Positions 1 through 12,136 of a stretch of DNA of 64,000 nucleotides are shown piece after piece (position 1 is the stretch's first letter; each line of letters opens with the position of its first letter). The notes beneath the pieces were generated by a model. The model was not told the origin of the DNA. It made no database searches and worked only from the letters and a program-made list of their open reading frames with translations. The translations under genes and the position numbers were made by a program. The stretch comes from Massalongia carnosa. Its lineage: Eukaryota. The stretch is from assembly GCA_965645245.1 (NCBI GenBank), contig OZ287071.1, forward strand, positions 186,001 to 250,000. The letters are read 5' to 3'.

Positions 1-2862
1 CAGAATTTCTGCCAGGTCCACTGCATTGATTTTTTTCGTAACCGGGATGTATAGCGCCATTTTGGTATATCTATCCACAATTACTAGGCACGAGTCATAA
101 ACCCGGCCGAAACGCTTGCTAGGTGGAAACCCAGTTATGAAATCCATAGTGATTTCTTTCCAAGGACCGGAAGGACGTGGAAGCGATTGCATAACCCCGT
201 AAGGTCGGTGCCTAGGCGCCTTCGTCCTTTGACAAATTTCGCAGGATTCCGTGTACTTCTTCACAGTCTTGTTAAGTCCTTTCCAATAGTATTTGCGGGT
301 AAGCAACTCAGCTGTTTTCTCCGCACCAAAATGACCCGCGAGCTCGTCGTCATGATGACGCCGCAACAGCTCCGCACGAATAGATTCTTCATCGGGCACG
401 TAAATTCTGCCACGATGATTGAGAAGATCATTGCTATCTATAGTCCAAATTGCTTCGGGGGAGCGACCACCCTTGCGCTTCAAAGACTTAGCAACGGTCT
501 CTCGCCTGCTAGACACGAATGCGTCTTTCCCCTGTAGCGCCTTGATGAGTTCAAGCACTGACTTGGAAGCACTTTCCAAAGGCTTTTCTTCATCTGATAA
601 GGCAACAGCTACAGCCCGGGGAATACATTGCGTCAAGCCGACTTCAAAAGTATCACTCTCTTCGTCAAGAGAAGTAATTGATTTAGAGGTTTCACCCTCT
701 AAATTCTCCAGGGGTTCAATCCCGGACGAAGCTATCTTTGAGCGAAGATCATACCTAAGTGCGGCAAGCACCGTACGAATTCCCGGCGTATAACCTACGC
801 ATAAGGAATCTATTTTGCTCAGCTTCTTTTGAAGAGTAGGCAGCAATCTCGTCACCTCGGTGTTGATGCTCTGATAATCAGGGCGCCTAGACGGTGCATC
901 GGCAGGATTGGTCTTTCCCGAGCGATGCATGATTACGAAATCATAAGCGGCTAATTTCATAGCCCATCGCGCTTGCCGACCACTCAACACCTTAATATTC
1001 ATAAAACCCCTCAAATTGTTGTGGTCTGTCAGGACCTCAACGGGGTGCAGGCTACCCTCCAGGTAATGCCTCCAGTGTTTAAAACACATCACAATGGCCA
1101 GCAACTCTTGATCATGGGTTTCATAGTTGCGCTCGGCCGGTATCATCTTCCGCGAGTAGAAAGCGACGGGATGCCATTGCCCATCCTTCTACAACTAGGA
1201 GATAATGCCAGAGATTCCGAAATCCGATGCATCGGTCTCTAGGCGAATGAGCAGTTCTAGATCGAAGTGAACCAAGATGGGCGCGCCCTGAAAGGCTTCT
1301 TTCAGCTTGCTAAACGCTTCCGCTCCTTCGGCCGTAAGATAAAAAGTACCCCTTTTTATCCCAGCCTGCATGCCTTTCAGCATGTCAGTCAATGGCCTAG
1401 TGATTTGAGAATAATGACGTATGAAACGTCGATAGAAATTGGCGAATCCTAGAAAGACCTGAATGTCTCGAAAGGACTGAAGTGCAGGCCAATCCCGCAC
1501 GGTTTCAACCCGGCGTGGATCCATGGAGATACCATCGCTGCTAATGATAAACCCTAGATATTCCACGGCCGTAGCAAAGAACTCGCACTTTTTAATATTT
1601 GCATAGAGATCGTGTTTCCTTAGACGACGTAACACCTCTTTAACATGCTCCACATGGCTGGTTCTATCTTTGGAAAATACCAATATATCGTCCAGATAGA
1701 CTACGCAGAAAACATCCACGATCCCAGATAAAGCTTTATTGATGTAAGCTTGAAAAGTTGCAGGGGCGTTGGCTAATCCAAAAGGCATAACCATATACTC
1801 GTAGTGTCCGTAACGGGATCGAAATGCCGTCTTCCACTCGTCGCCCTTGCGGATTCGGAGACGATGATAAGCATCTCGCAAATCCATTTTGGTAAAATAG
1901 GAACACCCGTTTAACTGATCCAGTATCTGCGTGATAAGAGGGAGCGGATGACGATTCTTTTTGGTCACCTTATTCAATCCTCGATAGTCAACGCAGAGGC
2001 GCAGAGTACCGTCCTTCTTAGGCACAAATAGTATTGGTGCACCTGCAGAACTGGTGGAGTGCCGGATCCAACCCTTCGCCAGGGCGTCGTCAAGATATTC
2101 CCGAAGAGTCTTAAGCTCCGTATTCGATAAGTTGTATAAAGGACCATAAGGTGGATCACCGCCTTCTAAATCGATAGCGTGGTCACAGTCCTTGTGCGTA
2201 GCTAATTGATTGGCTCTGTCCTTAGAAAAAACATCCTGGAATTCAGCAAATTCCACAGGTATCCCCTGCGTTTCGTTGGTGTTCCGGCTGTTGTTCTCAT
2301 CAACAGCGCCAACATTAACAGGTTGTCTTTCGGAAGAAGGTGCAATGGGTTGAGCCACTATAGCATAGAGTGGTGCCCCGGAATCCAGGGTCTTCGCAAA
2401 CTGTTTAGGCTTGCACAACTCGAACATATCAGACTGAAAGCCATAACGCCAGCGCTTCGCTCCATAATCGATTACGATACCCAGCTGTTTGAGACCAGGG
2501 AGACCCAACACCAAGTCAGGGCCCTGTTTGTCAATTGCGTAAAACACGCTGGTAAAGGTGCGCTGTCGTTCCCAAGTATCCTCGAGAGCCATTACTACCT
2601 CATAAGCTCCATAGCAGTAAACCTCTTTACCATCCATGAATTGAGGAGCAGGTAGTTCGCTTTCAATAGGTCTAAGATCTGAAGCGACGGCGAATCCCTG
2701 ATTAATCACATTAATCTCGGCTGCTCCATCAAGCAACACTGTCGCCGGGTATTTTTGGCCTCCGCTCGTTATAATCCCCTTAGGAATTAGGCTTGGCTCG
2801 CTTTCTACTGATCTTTTCCCTCCATCGGCTGGCGAGCTTTTCGTGGAGGTTTGGCTTTTCCC
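1..2862 (-). pseudogene. Gypsy pol (PR-RT-RH-IN), in the -1 frame relative to gag, broken by two TAG codons near 1189-1197
   Basis: ORF 1195..2739 has LRLCVDYRGLN and YLDD. It continues in frame as [19 protein letters not shown] (probably QLQ, CAG>TAG twice) through RNase H into integrase. Confidence 0.9.
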
Positions 2863-4046
2863 GACTTTGCGACGGCGTTCACACCGTGCTTCGGCTCCTT
2901 GTCGTCTTTAGGAGGGTTGGGACACTTGTTGGCGTAGTGACCCTGTTCTCCGCAGCGATAACATGTCACCTCGTCGGTACTTTCCTTTGTCTCAGCATGC
3001 TTTCTTTTCTGACCCCTTTTACCGTCTTTCGTAGGTTTTGGTTTGTCAGTGTCCTTTATCTCCTCGTTCCTCTTATCTCTATGTGATTTAGTGCGAGGGG
3101 GGTGAGAACCATTTGGACGCTCATGCTTCGACGTCGTTAAGACATCGTTTTCTCTTTTCTGATTGTTTTCCAGCCTACTGGCCAGAGTCACCAGAGCTTC
3201 TCTAGTCCTTGGAATATTCTGATAGTTGCCTATAGCTGCTCTAATAGACGGCCGCAACTTAGTAAACAGATGAGTCGCTCTTTGTTCTTCGGTATAGGAG
3301 GGCAACTGGTCCTCGAGGCTACTCAAGTGCGCCTCGAAAGCTCTTACCGTTTGCTTCTCTCCTTGCTTGGCTTCGGCAAATAATTGGGCCATATGCAGAC
3401 CTCGATTAACTGGGTCCTCGACAATATTTAACAAGAATTTCAAGTACTCTTCGAAGGTATAATTTTGCATTTCACCGTCTGCCTCATATCGATGCCAAGC
3501 TTCCTTAGGCTCCCCTTCCAGCGATTGCATTGCGAAAGCGATCTTGGATTCATCATCTGGGAAGTCCTCTTTTGCCACGCGAAACGCCACTCTGCAGTTC
3601 CGCTCATAATCCAGATGTTCCTTGACCGTTTTTCCATGATAGGGACTGACTTTCTCGGGTCTAGCAGCGCGTCTCCTGTAAACAACTACAGGTACTGACT
3701 GGCTACTCGTCATCTCTACATCGTCGTCAGAACGAGGGTTAATGGCTCCTCTCATTACCGGTTCCTTGGATGATCCGGTAGGGTTTGGAGGTTTCGAAGG
3801 CTTTTGAGTTTGTTCTTGCAGTTGCTCAATACTGGCTTTCAAATTCCTCAGACGTACTTCCTTCTTAAGTTCGCTACGCCTGCGCTCAGCTTGCGCTATC
3901 TGTTCGTCCAACGTCAGGGGTTGAATGGGTTCGACTACTTTTTCCATTGGGGTCAGGGCTCCTCTTCCAGGGCCCTCAGAATCCGAAAGTTCTTCGATCC
4001 GCTCCTCCGGCATCATGGTATCAGAGGCAACTTCTTGCGCGGACAT
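2805..4046 (-). CDS. Gypsy gag with CCHC zinc knuckle
   Basis: 413-aa ORF with CYRCGEQGHYANKC, directly downstream of the LTR and primer site. Confidence 0.9.
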   Translation of the reverse strand: MSAQEVASDTMMPEERIEELSDSEGPGRGALTPMEKVVEPIQPLTLDEQIAQAERRRSELKKEVRLRNLKASIEQLQEQTQKPSKPPNPTGSSKEPVMRGAINPRSDDDVEMTSSQSVPVVVYRRRAARPEKVSPYHGKTVKEHLDYERNCRVAFRVAKEDFPDDESKIAFAMQSLEGEPKEAWHRYEADGEMQNYTFEEYLKFLLNIVEDPVNRGLHMAQLFAEAKQGEKQTVRAFEAHLSSLEDQLPSYTEEQRATHLFTKLRPSIRAAIGNYQNIPRTREALVTLASRLENNQKRENDVLTTSKHERPNGSHPPRTKSHRDKRNEEIKDTDKPKPTKDGKRGQKRKHAETKESTDEVTCYRCGEQGHYANKCPNPPKDDKEPKHGVNAVAKSGKAKPPRKARQPMEGKDQ

Positions 4047-4123
4047 GGCGGGACGATAGTGTATAGAAGGTGTATAAATGTGTCAACGGATCGTCACTCC
4101 TTGAAGGATAGAACGATTAGAAT

Positions 4124-4661
4124 TGTAAGAGTCAGACCTGGCGATTATCAGACACCAGGCCTAGGGATATGTGACAATGTGAAGACACTAATGATTTGCT
4201 ATACTAATATACTAAAAGAAGTATGTAGGTAAAGCGGAAGACTAATCGTTGAAGATTGCATCTCCCTCGAGCAGCCTCCTTATATACCCGGACCGAAGCC
4301 CTTGACCCTCTGGGCCCTTGATACTGTAACTATCTTGACCGCCCACTACTCCTACCGGATAAGCCGGCTAAACACTCTGCTGACTGCATCGTGGACACTG
4401 TGCTGACTGTATCGTAGACACTGTGCTGACTGTATCGTAGACACTGTGCTGACTGTATCGTGGACACTGTGCTGACTGTATCGTACCATCCGCTCACTAA
4501 TCGTACGAGCATCCTCGTATATCTCGATCGCTCGTACTATACTCTCGGCAGTAGATACCAACCGCGTAACGCAGACCAACTGCTTTCCATATGACTAAGC
4601 CTAGCCGTAGAACTAAGCCCCGCTTAGTTAGCTTAGCCCTTATTCCTTCTATGCCCTGACA
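4124..4661 (-). repeat. 5' LTR of the Gypsy element
   Basis: TG...CA termini; TATATAA at 4280-4286 on the minus strand; lies upstream of gag. Confidence 0.8.
4372..4486. repeat. 23-bp tandem repeat x5 (ACACTGTGCTGACTGTATCGTAG) in the LTR U3 region
   Basis: Five head-to-tail near-identical units with no spacers. Confidence 0.9.
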
Positions 4662-4779
4662 AAAGGGTAGCATTTAGTCTACCCTTTGACCCGACCCTAC
4701 CTATTTTGTACCTCTATTGTGACTATCACGTTGTGTAGCCCCTGTGGATCCCATCTTCCAGTAGTGAATGCCTGCTGGG

Positions 4780-7100
4780 AGAAGGTCTCCCCGTTTCAAA
4801 AACTTTCGATCCACATTGTCAAAAATTAGCAGCTATTGATCGTTTGATGACTGTGATAACCAATTAAGCACATCCTTAACGATCTCATTCACATCTGCGT
4901 TGTTCTTTATGCTTTTCTCCTGTGAGTAATTTCTGCTATTTTCAGATATCTGATGCTGTGGTAGTCGACCGGCAAGATCAGCAATGCTTTGCCTCAGTCT
5001 CTCCTTAGTCGACCCGTCGACCCAGAAGACCGCGGTGTATTTCTTGTGATATTGTCGAGCGAATTCAACGGAGAGCTGAGTCTTTCCAATCCCGCCAAGT
5101 CCGTGAAGAATGAATACTTTACGACGCATTAAGTCTACGGTAGTGGGAAGTAAATTCTGAGTCAATTGAGTTATCTCTGCGTCTCGGGCTACAAAATAAT
5201 TCATCATTGGAATACCCTGAAGACTGAATTCAACGTGGAACGATTTTTTTTCGCTGATTTCAACAGGTGCTAACAAAAAGTCAGAGAAGCCGTGAAAAAC
5301 ATGAAGTCTAGAGTAAGGAAAATAAATTATACATTGATACTGTTCCTCGACTCTTTGAGACGCATTCTGAATACTTCTTTGAACCTCTGGCTTTATCAAG
5401 AGAAAATTTTCATCTTCAGGGCCATTGAATTTATTCAACCCTGAGTGATCCGTAGTGAGATATATGATCCTTTTGCTAAGCAAAGAAGCTGATTGATAAT
5501 CAACGAGCTTTAAGTCATAAGCTTTCATCCCAGTTGAGCGTGAAAACAGAGATTATCAGACCTGAGTCTGCCAAGGTCCATATGACACTTTCTTGTCTTC
5601 ATAAAAACAAACCACATCAGCCTTGATGTAACTTGTTTCGAAGTCCCGCGCTACATCATGAAGAGTAGGACTGTTTGTTTTTATAGATTCTAATAATATC
5701 TTATCATGTCCTACTGCTTGAGCAAGCCATGTGCCATATACTGCAGCATCACTTCCTTGATGTGGTGTTCCAAGAAAGATGATCCCAGTCGTGGACAGTA
5801 TAATATCTCTAAAATATTCACTATGATTGGCTAATACTAGAGCCTATAAAGAGGACCTTAGTAACTAAAAAAGTTAGTGCCAAGCCAGTGTTATGGAATT
5901 ACCTCGCACCCTCCCACGTTTCCTGATCGGGTTAGTATTTAACAGGCTCTCTTGCCTTGAAACCTGCCCTGCATGTTGAATGGGACCGTGGCCCGTTATT
6001 CCGAACTATCCTGAAATCTCACCCCATGTGTTCAGACGTTCTTCCGCTGCCTTCAGTGCACTCCTACACTCCTATATCCCGAATCCAATCTCAACGTCTC
6101 CACTATCCAAGCCTACGACTGGGATTGCCCAGCAGAGAGAGATTGCTTCTGTCACGGTGCGAGGGCGTGTAGTAATTCAGGTGGTGCAAACGTGAGGCTT
6201 GATTGTCTAGCTAAATAGACAAGACGTTCGACAAGGAGAAAAGAAACAGGAGATCAAAAAGACACGCCTATAACCCCGATAACTAAGCTAGTCTACCTTC
6301 GGGCGTAGCCTCTTGATTACCATGTTCATGCTTTCGGCATGGACTTCCGCAATGTCATTACCTCATGACTGTTCCTGGCACCTTCGGAATGCTAGTTCTT
6401 CCCGTTCCGATGTGATACGTGCTTCATCACTTCCGTGACAGCTTCGGCATGGAGAAAGGCGGAACAGGTCAAAGCGATCATGGTTAGGAAATTGGAACAG
6501 GAATAGAGATGAGGGCAAGGCAAGAATAGGGGAGTTGGAAGCCATGGCTATAAAACCTATGTGATTTCTCATGTGTTTGGAGCTCTTCGTCGGACGTCTT
6601 GTATACTCTCCCTAGACCTAGCTTTCTAATAGTAACTCATGCATATCTCCCTATCTAGACCTTGTCCGTGACAGCCAGACCGACCTGTTTAATAATTAAA
6701 CCTCCAAGGCTATGTCCAATAAAAATTAAGGGTCGACGACGTTGCTATATAGACTATTAGTAAGAACAAATGAAGAATTCCCGCGATTGCTTTACTGACT
6801 TTTTCACTTAACCGATTCTGGTAAAGAACATTAAGAAACTGCTCCCCACATCTGCGGAGACTTGTTTTGATTTCTGCTTTTCGCCAGTCTGACTCGTAAC
6901 TATATGTCGCAACTCGAGCATTTGAAGCGAAGTTCTCGGATGTCGTTTGAGCGACATCGGAAAGTTTGCCAGTCTGAGCACGGCTTTTTAAGAACTTGAA
7001 TCGATGAGCTTTTCTAGACTTCGGTTGCTTCGCAGAATTTTGCCTCGAAATCCATGTGTAATATGGATGAGCACCGAGACCTTGAACCGCAATAACGCTT
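4780..7100 (-). pseudogene. NLR-like gene with N-terminal SesB-type alpha/beta hydrolase and NB-ARC; disrupted
   Basis: Exons read VIAVQGLGAHPYYTW, RPLIFIGHSLGGLIIKQ (GxSxG), GIIFLGTPHQGS, TDHSGLNKF, then P-loop GLGGIGKTQL and Walker B *LLIFDNVD (TGG>TAG). A solo LTR sits in an intron, and the Gypsy LTR lies just downstream at 4661. Confidence 0.85.
5889..6673. mobile_element. Solo LTR (785 bp) in an NLR intron
   Basis: TGTTA...TGACA termini flanked by 5-bp TSD GCCAG (5884-5888 and 6674-6678). Confidence 0.85.
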
Positions 7101-7408
7101 AATCGCCTGTCAGTGATGCTGCGGCTTCATGAAGAATCGTTTGTCTTACTCTACTTCGGGTGCACTACCGTCTTGCTCGCCGCTGACCTAAATATTAAGA
7201 CCTGAGACCTTGACTGTGTCTCTGTTGCACATCATTGTAGCGACCTAAAAGATCAAAAGATCAAATGTGTTTTAAGTAGCCACCTCTATATATCCGTGCC
7301 CCTTGTATCGCTCTGTACCAGGCGCACGAATCAACAGCAGCCGCATCCCCCAAAAGCGGCTAAGCGCACTTGGGATAACTCTCAAGCATAATAACTAGCC
7401 TTGTGGAT

Positions 7409-8695
7409 GTTGCGACACCAAAATTTTCACCCCACCAAAACTCATTTATCATCAAACAATTCAATCATCATGCAACGTCAACAAATACCTCAGTTAGAGT
7501 CTCATGCTTTTCAACATGAGTACTATACACCTACTAAAGCCAAAGTACAAGCTGTGTGCGAATTTAACAACGCGCACGGCATATCCTATTTCAAAAGCGA
7601 CGTTTTTCGTCATTTTGGAGTGGAACGGAGCAGGGGATGAGCAATGCTCAAAGATGATTCTTCTCGACGTCTTCATAACAATTCAAACAGGACGGAAACG
7701 CGAGGAAGAAAGAAACTCATAGCAGCTGAGTACATTCAAAAGATGCAGGAGATCATAGAAAATGGAGGCATACAAGCACGAGCTAAAACGTGGCATGAAT
7801 TAGCTGCGCAAGTGGGTCTCATAGGGGCAAATCACGTACATTGGCATACCGTTTGAAGAGCTATGCAGGACTTGGAGTATCACAAGTGTTTAGCATGCAC
7901 GAGAACATGGCTGTCTCCGAATATACGTGCCAAACGACGTACATTTGCCAGAGAAATGAAATGCACGTACACTCTCGAGGACTGGAAGCTGGTACGCTTC
8001 AGTGATAAAGTGCATTTTGGACAGGGACCTCAACGTCAATTACGAATCATACGTCGTTAGGGTGAAAGATACTGCTTTGATTGTATGCAGGAAGGGAAAG
8101 AAACCCCAGAATCAGTACAAAAACGTTATCATTATTAGGCTAAGGTCGGGTGGAATTACAAGTCCGATTTCTACTTTTACGAGTTTCCAGGAAATAACAA
8201 TGGGAAAATGAGTCAACGAGTCTATATTGACTCTATTTTGGAGCCTGTTATTAAGCCATGTCTCGAGGTCGGTGAACGATTTATTTTGGAAGAAGATGGT
8301 GATTCTAGCCACGGTTCTACAAACAACAACAACAACATCGTTCGAAAATGGAAGGAAGAATATGGGCTAAAGTACTACTTCAATGCTCCCAAAACTCCCG
8401 ATTTGTCCGTCATTGAAAACTGCTGGCAGCCAGTAAAACAATGGCTGTCAAAATCAGATCATTGGGATGATAAGAGTACGATTGAGGCCATTCAAACGGG
8501 CTGGAGGGATCATGTTTCTTAGGAATTCATTAATTCTTTGGTATTAAGTATGCCCCAACGACTGGAGGACGTTTTAGACGGTGATAGAAGAATGACAGGT
8601 CATTAGTAGCAGTTTCTGATGTAAATAAATCGATGTTTTGATAGGAGTTTGGTGGGTGAAAATTTTGGTGTCGCAACTTTTTTGGTCCCCGCGTG
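7409..8695 (+). mobile_element. IS630/Tc1-type DNA transposon 1 (DD39E); tip of the left TIR missing
   Basis: Inverted repeats at 7409-7443 and 8645-8677; right terminus ...CCCGCGTG at 8695; encloses a transposase pseudogene. Confidence 0.85.
7470..8606 (+). pseudogene. DDE_3-type transposase with about 5 in-frame stops
   Basis: Motifs VRFSDKVHFG, ILEEDGDSSH, PDLSVIENCW. Stops fall in one frame at positions consistent with TGG>TGA/TAG, CGA>TGA and CAG>TAG. Homologous to ORF 11054..12136. Confidence 0.9.
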
Positions 8696-9157
8696 CCGTT
8701 TTAACACATTCTTTCTGTGACGAAGCGAGATAGTGAATAGATTTCTACTATTGCGCCACCTGTCCTTCCCGACCAAAAGGCACAATACTTAGTCCGCAGA
8801 CCAAGCTCTATTCTACTATAACTGGGACTCCTGCTATGTTCGCTGTAGGTCCTGCCGTCCGCACCACGCTCGGTCGAACCGTTACACTTTCTTTCTCGAA
8901 TCGAAAGAGACCTTTGAGTACAGGAGGCTTAGTAGCAGACTGAAGGCTTTGAAAGGTGATTATATTGATGCTATCTAGATGGAAGGAAGTTCGAGGGGGT
9001 CCTTCCGAGGACCTTATTGTTTGCTATAGCAAACACCTCCTTGACCACCTTACCGCATTAGGATTCAGGGGGCCGGCCTATTGTAAGACCGGCCTCCGAT
9101 AAGGCTAACTAGGTGGCACGCGGGTGAAAAAAAAAGTGCAAGGTGAGCCGAAACTCC

Positions 9158-10977
9158 CGAGTAGATTCGGGATCTGGCAGACCCTCGTAAAGTTCTACTG
9201 CTTATTAGGACTAGCTTAAGCCTCACCCTCACACTAAATTAATAGTCCATCTACTAATGCAATGTCCCCTCAGCAAGCTTCATATACCTAGCTGATAAGG
9301 CGAAAAGATCGTTATATCCAGATTGACTGTAAGAAAAAGTCACATCTATTACACTCTAATATTTCATTACTATTATATACAACTCATTGCGATGACCTCA
9401 ACTCTAAAAACTTATCAATCAGTTGCGAAACATCCTCCTTTCTAGGCTTCATAGTCCTAGCAATCTTCATAGCTGCCGCCTGCTTCTTCGCCTCGGCCCT
9501 AGCCTGTTTATCTGCTTGCTCAGCCTTTTGCTGAGACTCCAACTCCAACAGAGCATTTGTTTTTTTGGCTACACCCCGAGACCTTCGCGTTGTGGCAGAC
9601 GAAGTAGGAGGTGATGAATAGTAAAATTCACGTGTAGGTATAATAGCATGATTGTCATTGAAGGTAATTATCTATGTGGGCTGTCTACCTGCTTTTATAG
9701 CAGTCACATAACAGTAATGCTGTAGGCCTCCCATAGCTGCCTGTTAGGCACCTCCATATCTGCCTGTTTGGCACCTCTTATAGATGCCTGGCAGGCACCC
9801 GTGGGACTCACGATGGATGCCTATATTGATGGTAGCCTAACCATCTAACCGATGGTAGCCTCACCATTTAACAGGAGGCAACTGACTGAGGCGGAGGTTT
9901 TGACTAAGATTATAAAAGGGACGGGGCCGTTTGAAATGAGACTTTTTGGCTATGTTTCGGCAGCACTTCATCAATATCTTCAAACGAATCGAAAGACGTT
10001 GAAGATGCATCATTGTCATTCGAAGGAAGTGTGAGACTCGTAGAAGGATCGGGAATCGATTTAGTGTCTACATAATGCAGGTCATCGTCGTCGGAGACAA
10101 TGACCGCATCTTCAGTCAAATCTACTACATCATATGTTAGCCGCGTTGCGTCGATTTGCTTATATCGTGAATTTTTACCATCGCTAATTACACTCTCGTT
10201 TTCATCGCTTCCGCGCAGTTTATTATTCCGTCGCCTTCTCCCTTTTTCAATCGAGTCCCTACGTCTAGCACGTCGCTGATTGGCCTCATCTGCCTCAGCT
10301 GCCTCGCGGCCAGTGTAAGTACGCCGACGACTTCCTCCCTTTTTTCACCTGAGGTTTTCCTTCGGTCGGATTTCATCAGGGAAAGTTGTTGGGATAAGAG
10401 ATCTAGCCGACTCCCTTTCCAGCCATTGTTGATTGAATTTGGCGCTGTTTGCTACGTATGCTCGATCATACTCCTCATCTCGATGTGAATTTTTCATTGA
10501 TTTGTGCAAATCCATTGACTCAAATGCTGCAGATTGCATCATATCAACTCCACCGCGGCGATATCTATCACCGTCCTTCTCACTTCTCCCCCTTCGCCTT
10601 TCCTTCTTCTCACCTCCTGCTCATCCTCCTCTTTCATCTCCTCCTCATCCTCCTCTTCCATCTCATCCTCACCCTCCCCCCATACCTCCTTCTTATCCTC
10701 TTTCTTATCCTCTTCCGGCTCCGCCCCTCCCTCTCCCGCAGCGTATATGGGATGATTACCCCTCATCAAATAATCCGAGGGTAGTTACGTGTGATGTTTG
10801 AATTGGCTACAGCAATAAGTAATGTTGCAAGTGACTGGGTATTTGAAGCTTGCGGGGGGACGTTGCATTAGTAGATGGACGGTTAATTTAGTGTGAGGGT
10901 GAGGCTTAAGCTAGTCCTAATAAGCAGTAGAACTTTACGAGGGGTCTGCCAGATGGGGTCTGTCCCGAATCTACTCG
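9158..10977. mobile_element. Non-autonomous Mutator/MULE-like element with ~140-bp TIRs and 9-bp TSD
   Basis: CGAGTAGATTCGGGA...TCCCGAATCTACTCG termini; long TIRs at 9158-~9290 and ~10835-10977; TSD CGAAACTCC at 9149-9157 and 10978-10986; no transposase motifs recognised inside. Confidence 0.85.
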
Positions 10978-11053
10978 CGAAACTCCCCTACCAAAACTTA
11001 CCCCTTTTCTTCCCCTTTTTCTTCCCCATCTTCTTCCTCATTCAACATTTCAA

Positions 11054-12136
11054 ATGCCATTCCACTACGATACACCTCAAAAGGCCAAGGTGCAGGGAGC
11101 TTATGAATTTCTTCTTGCAAAAGGCATTTCCATCTATCCTCGAGAGATTTTTCAGCATTTTGGCATTCGAAGCGAGAGACAGGGCTATAAGATCATTCGA
11201 AACGGAGCATCTTCTAGAATAAGACATCATTCAACGCTCGTTGAGACACGCGGTCGCAAATCAAAAGTCACGGAAGCACAAATACAGGAGGCAGATCACA
11301 TTCTACAAGATGAGGGGCTACAGTTGGAAGGAAAACGATACACATGGGAACAATTGGCTATGGAGATTGGGGCCGACGTTGTCGGTCGTACAATGCATAA
11401 TGTTATGTCGGCTGCTCTAAACTATGAGAAATGTCTGGCCTGCGTCAAGGGATGGCTGGCCGACCCACCTATGGAAAGACGGGTCGAATTTGCTTACATG
11501 ATGCTGACCAGATATCCCAAACCGGAGCAATGGGATCGCGTACGATTTTGTGATGGGATTAATTTTGGATATGGGCCGGAAGGACAGTTACGAATCATTC
11601 GTCAGCCCGGAACACGATATCGTTGGGGTTGCATACAGCATCGTGACCCGCCTCCTGAGAAAGATCGAAAACGAAAACATTGCTGGGCTACAATTGGCTA
11701 CAATTTTAAGTCGGATATTATCTTTTATGACGTGCCGGGCAACAGCAATGGTAAAATGACTCATCAGGTGTATATTGAATCCGTTCTTGACCCCGTCATC
11801 AAGCCCTGGCTGGAGCGTGGGGATGACTTCGTACTTGAAGAAGATGGAGACTCTGGTCATGGCACGGGCAAGACAAGAAATGCCGTCAAGAAATGGAAGG
11901 AAGATCATCATTTAGAGCATTATTTCAATTGTGCCCCATCACCTGATTTGTCCCCTATAGAAAATTGCTGGCAGCCAGCGAAGCAGCATGTTCGAAAGTA
12001 TCCTCATTGGGATGATGTCAGCTTGAAGCAGCTGATTAGGGATGGATGGGAACGGGTGACGCAGGAATTCATCAATGAAAGAGTTCGATCAATGCCCAAA
12101 CGATTGGAAGAAGTAATTAGGGCTGAGGGGCGATGA
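11054..12136 (+). CDS. DDE_3-type transposase (DD38E), nearly intact
   Basis: 360-aa ORF with VRFCD, VLEEDGDSGH and SPDLSPIENCW. A probable 1-nt loss near the end removes the MTGY tail that corresponds to MTGH in copy 1. Confidence 0.9.
   Translation: MPFHYDTPQKAKVQGAYEFLLAKGISIYPREIFQHFGIRSERQGYKIIRNGASSRIRHHSTLVETRGRKSKVTEAQIQEADHILQDEGLQLEGKRYTWEQLAMEIGADVVGRTMHNVMSAALNYEKCLACVKGWLADPPMERRVEFAYMMLTRYPKPEQWDRVRFCDGINFGYGPEGQLRIIRQPGTRYRWGCIQHRDPPPEKDRKRKHCWATIGYNFKSDIIFYDVPGNSNGKMTHQVYIESVLDPVIKPWLERGDDFVLEEDGDSGHGTGKTRNAVKKWKEDHHLEHYFNCAPSPDLSPIENCWQPAKQHVRKYPHWDDVSLKQLIRDGWERVTQEFINERVRSMPKRLEEVIRAEGR

Larger units (their letters stand above)
1..4661 (-). mobile_element. Ty3/Gypsy LTR retrotransposon (chromovirus-like): 5' LTR, gag and pol; the 3' part lies beyond the window start
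   Basis: Minus-strand domain order is gag (CYRCGEQGHYANKC knuckle), protease (LLDGAAE), RT (YLDD), RNase H (ETDAS, ELLAIV), integrase (HHCC zinc finger, then ITMDFIT...IVDRYTK). The LTR at 4124-4661 reads TGTCA...TTACA on the minus strand. Confidence 0.95.

Noticed and set aside
4372..4486. Regular short repeats here and at 53104-53287 as a CRISPR array
   Set aside because: The units are head-to-tail with no unique spacers, there are no cas genes, and the context is eukaryotic TE sequence.
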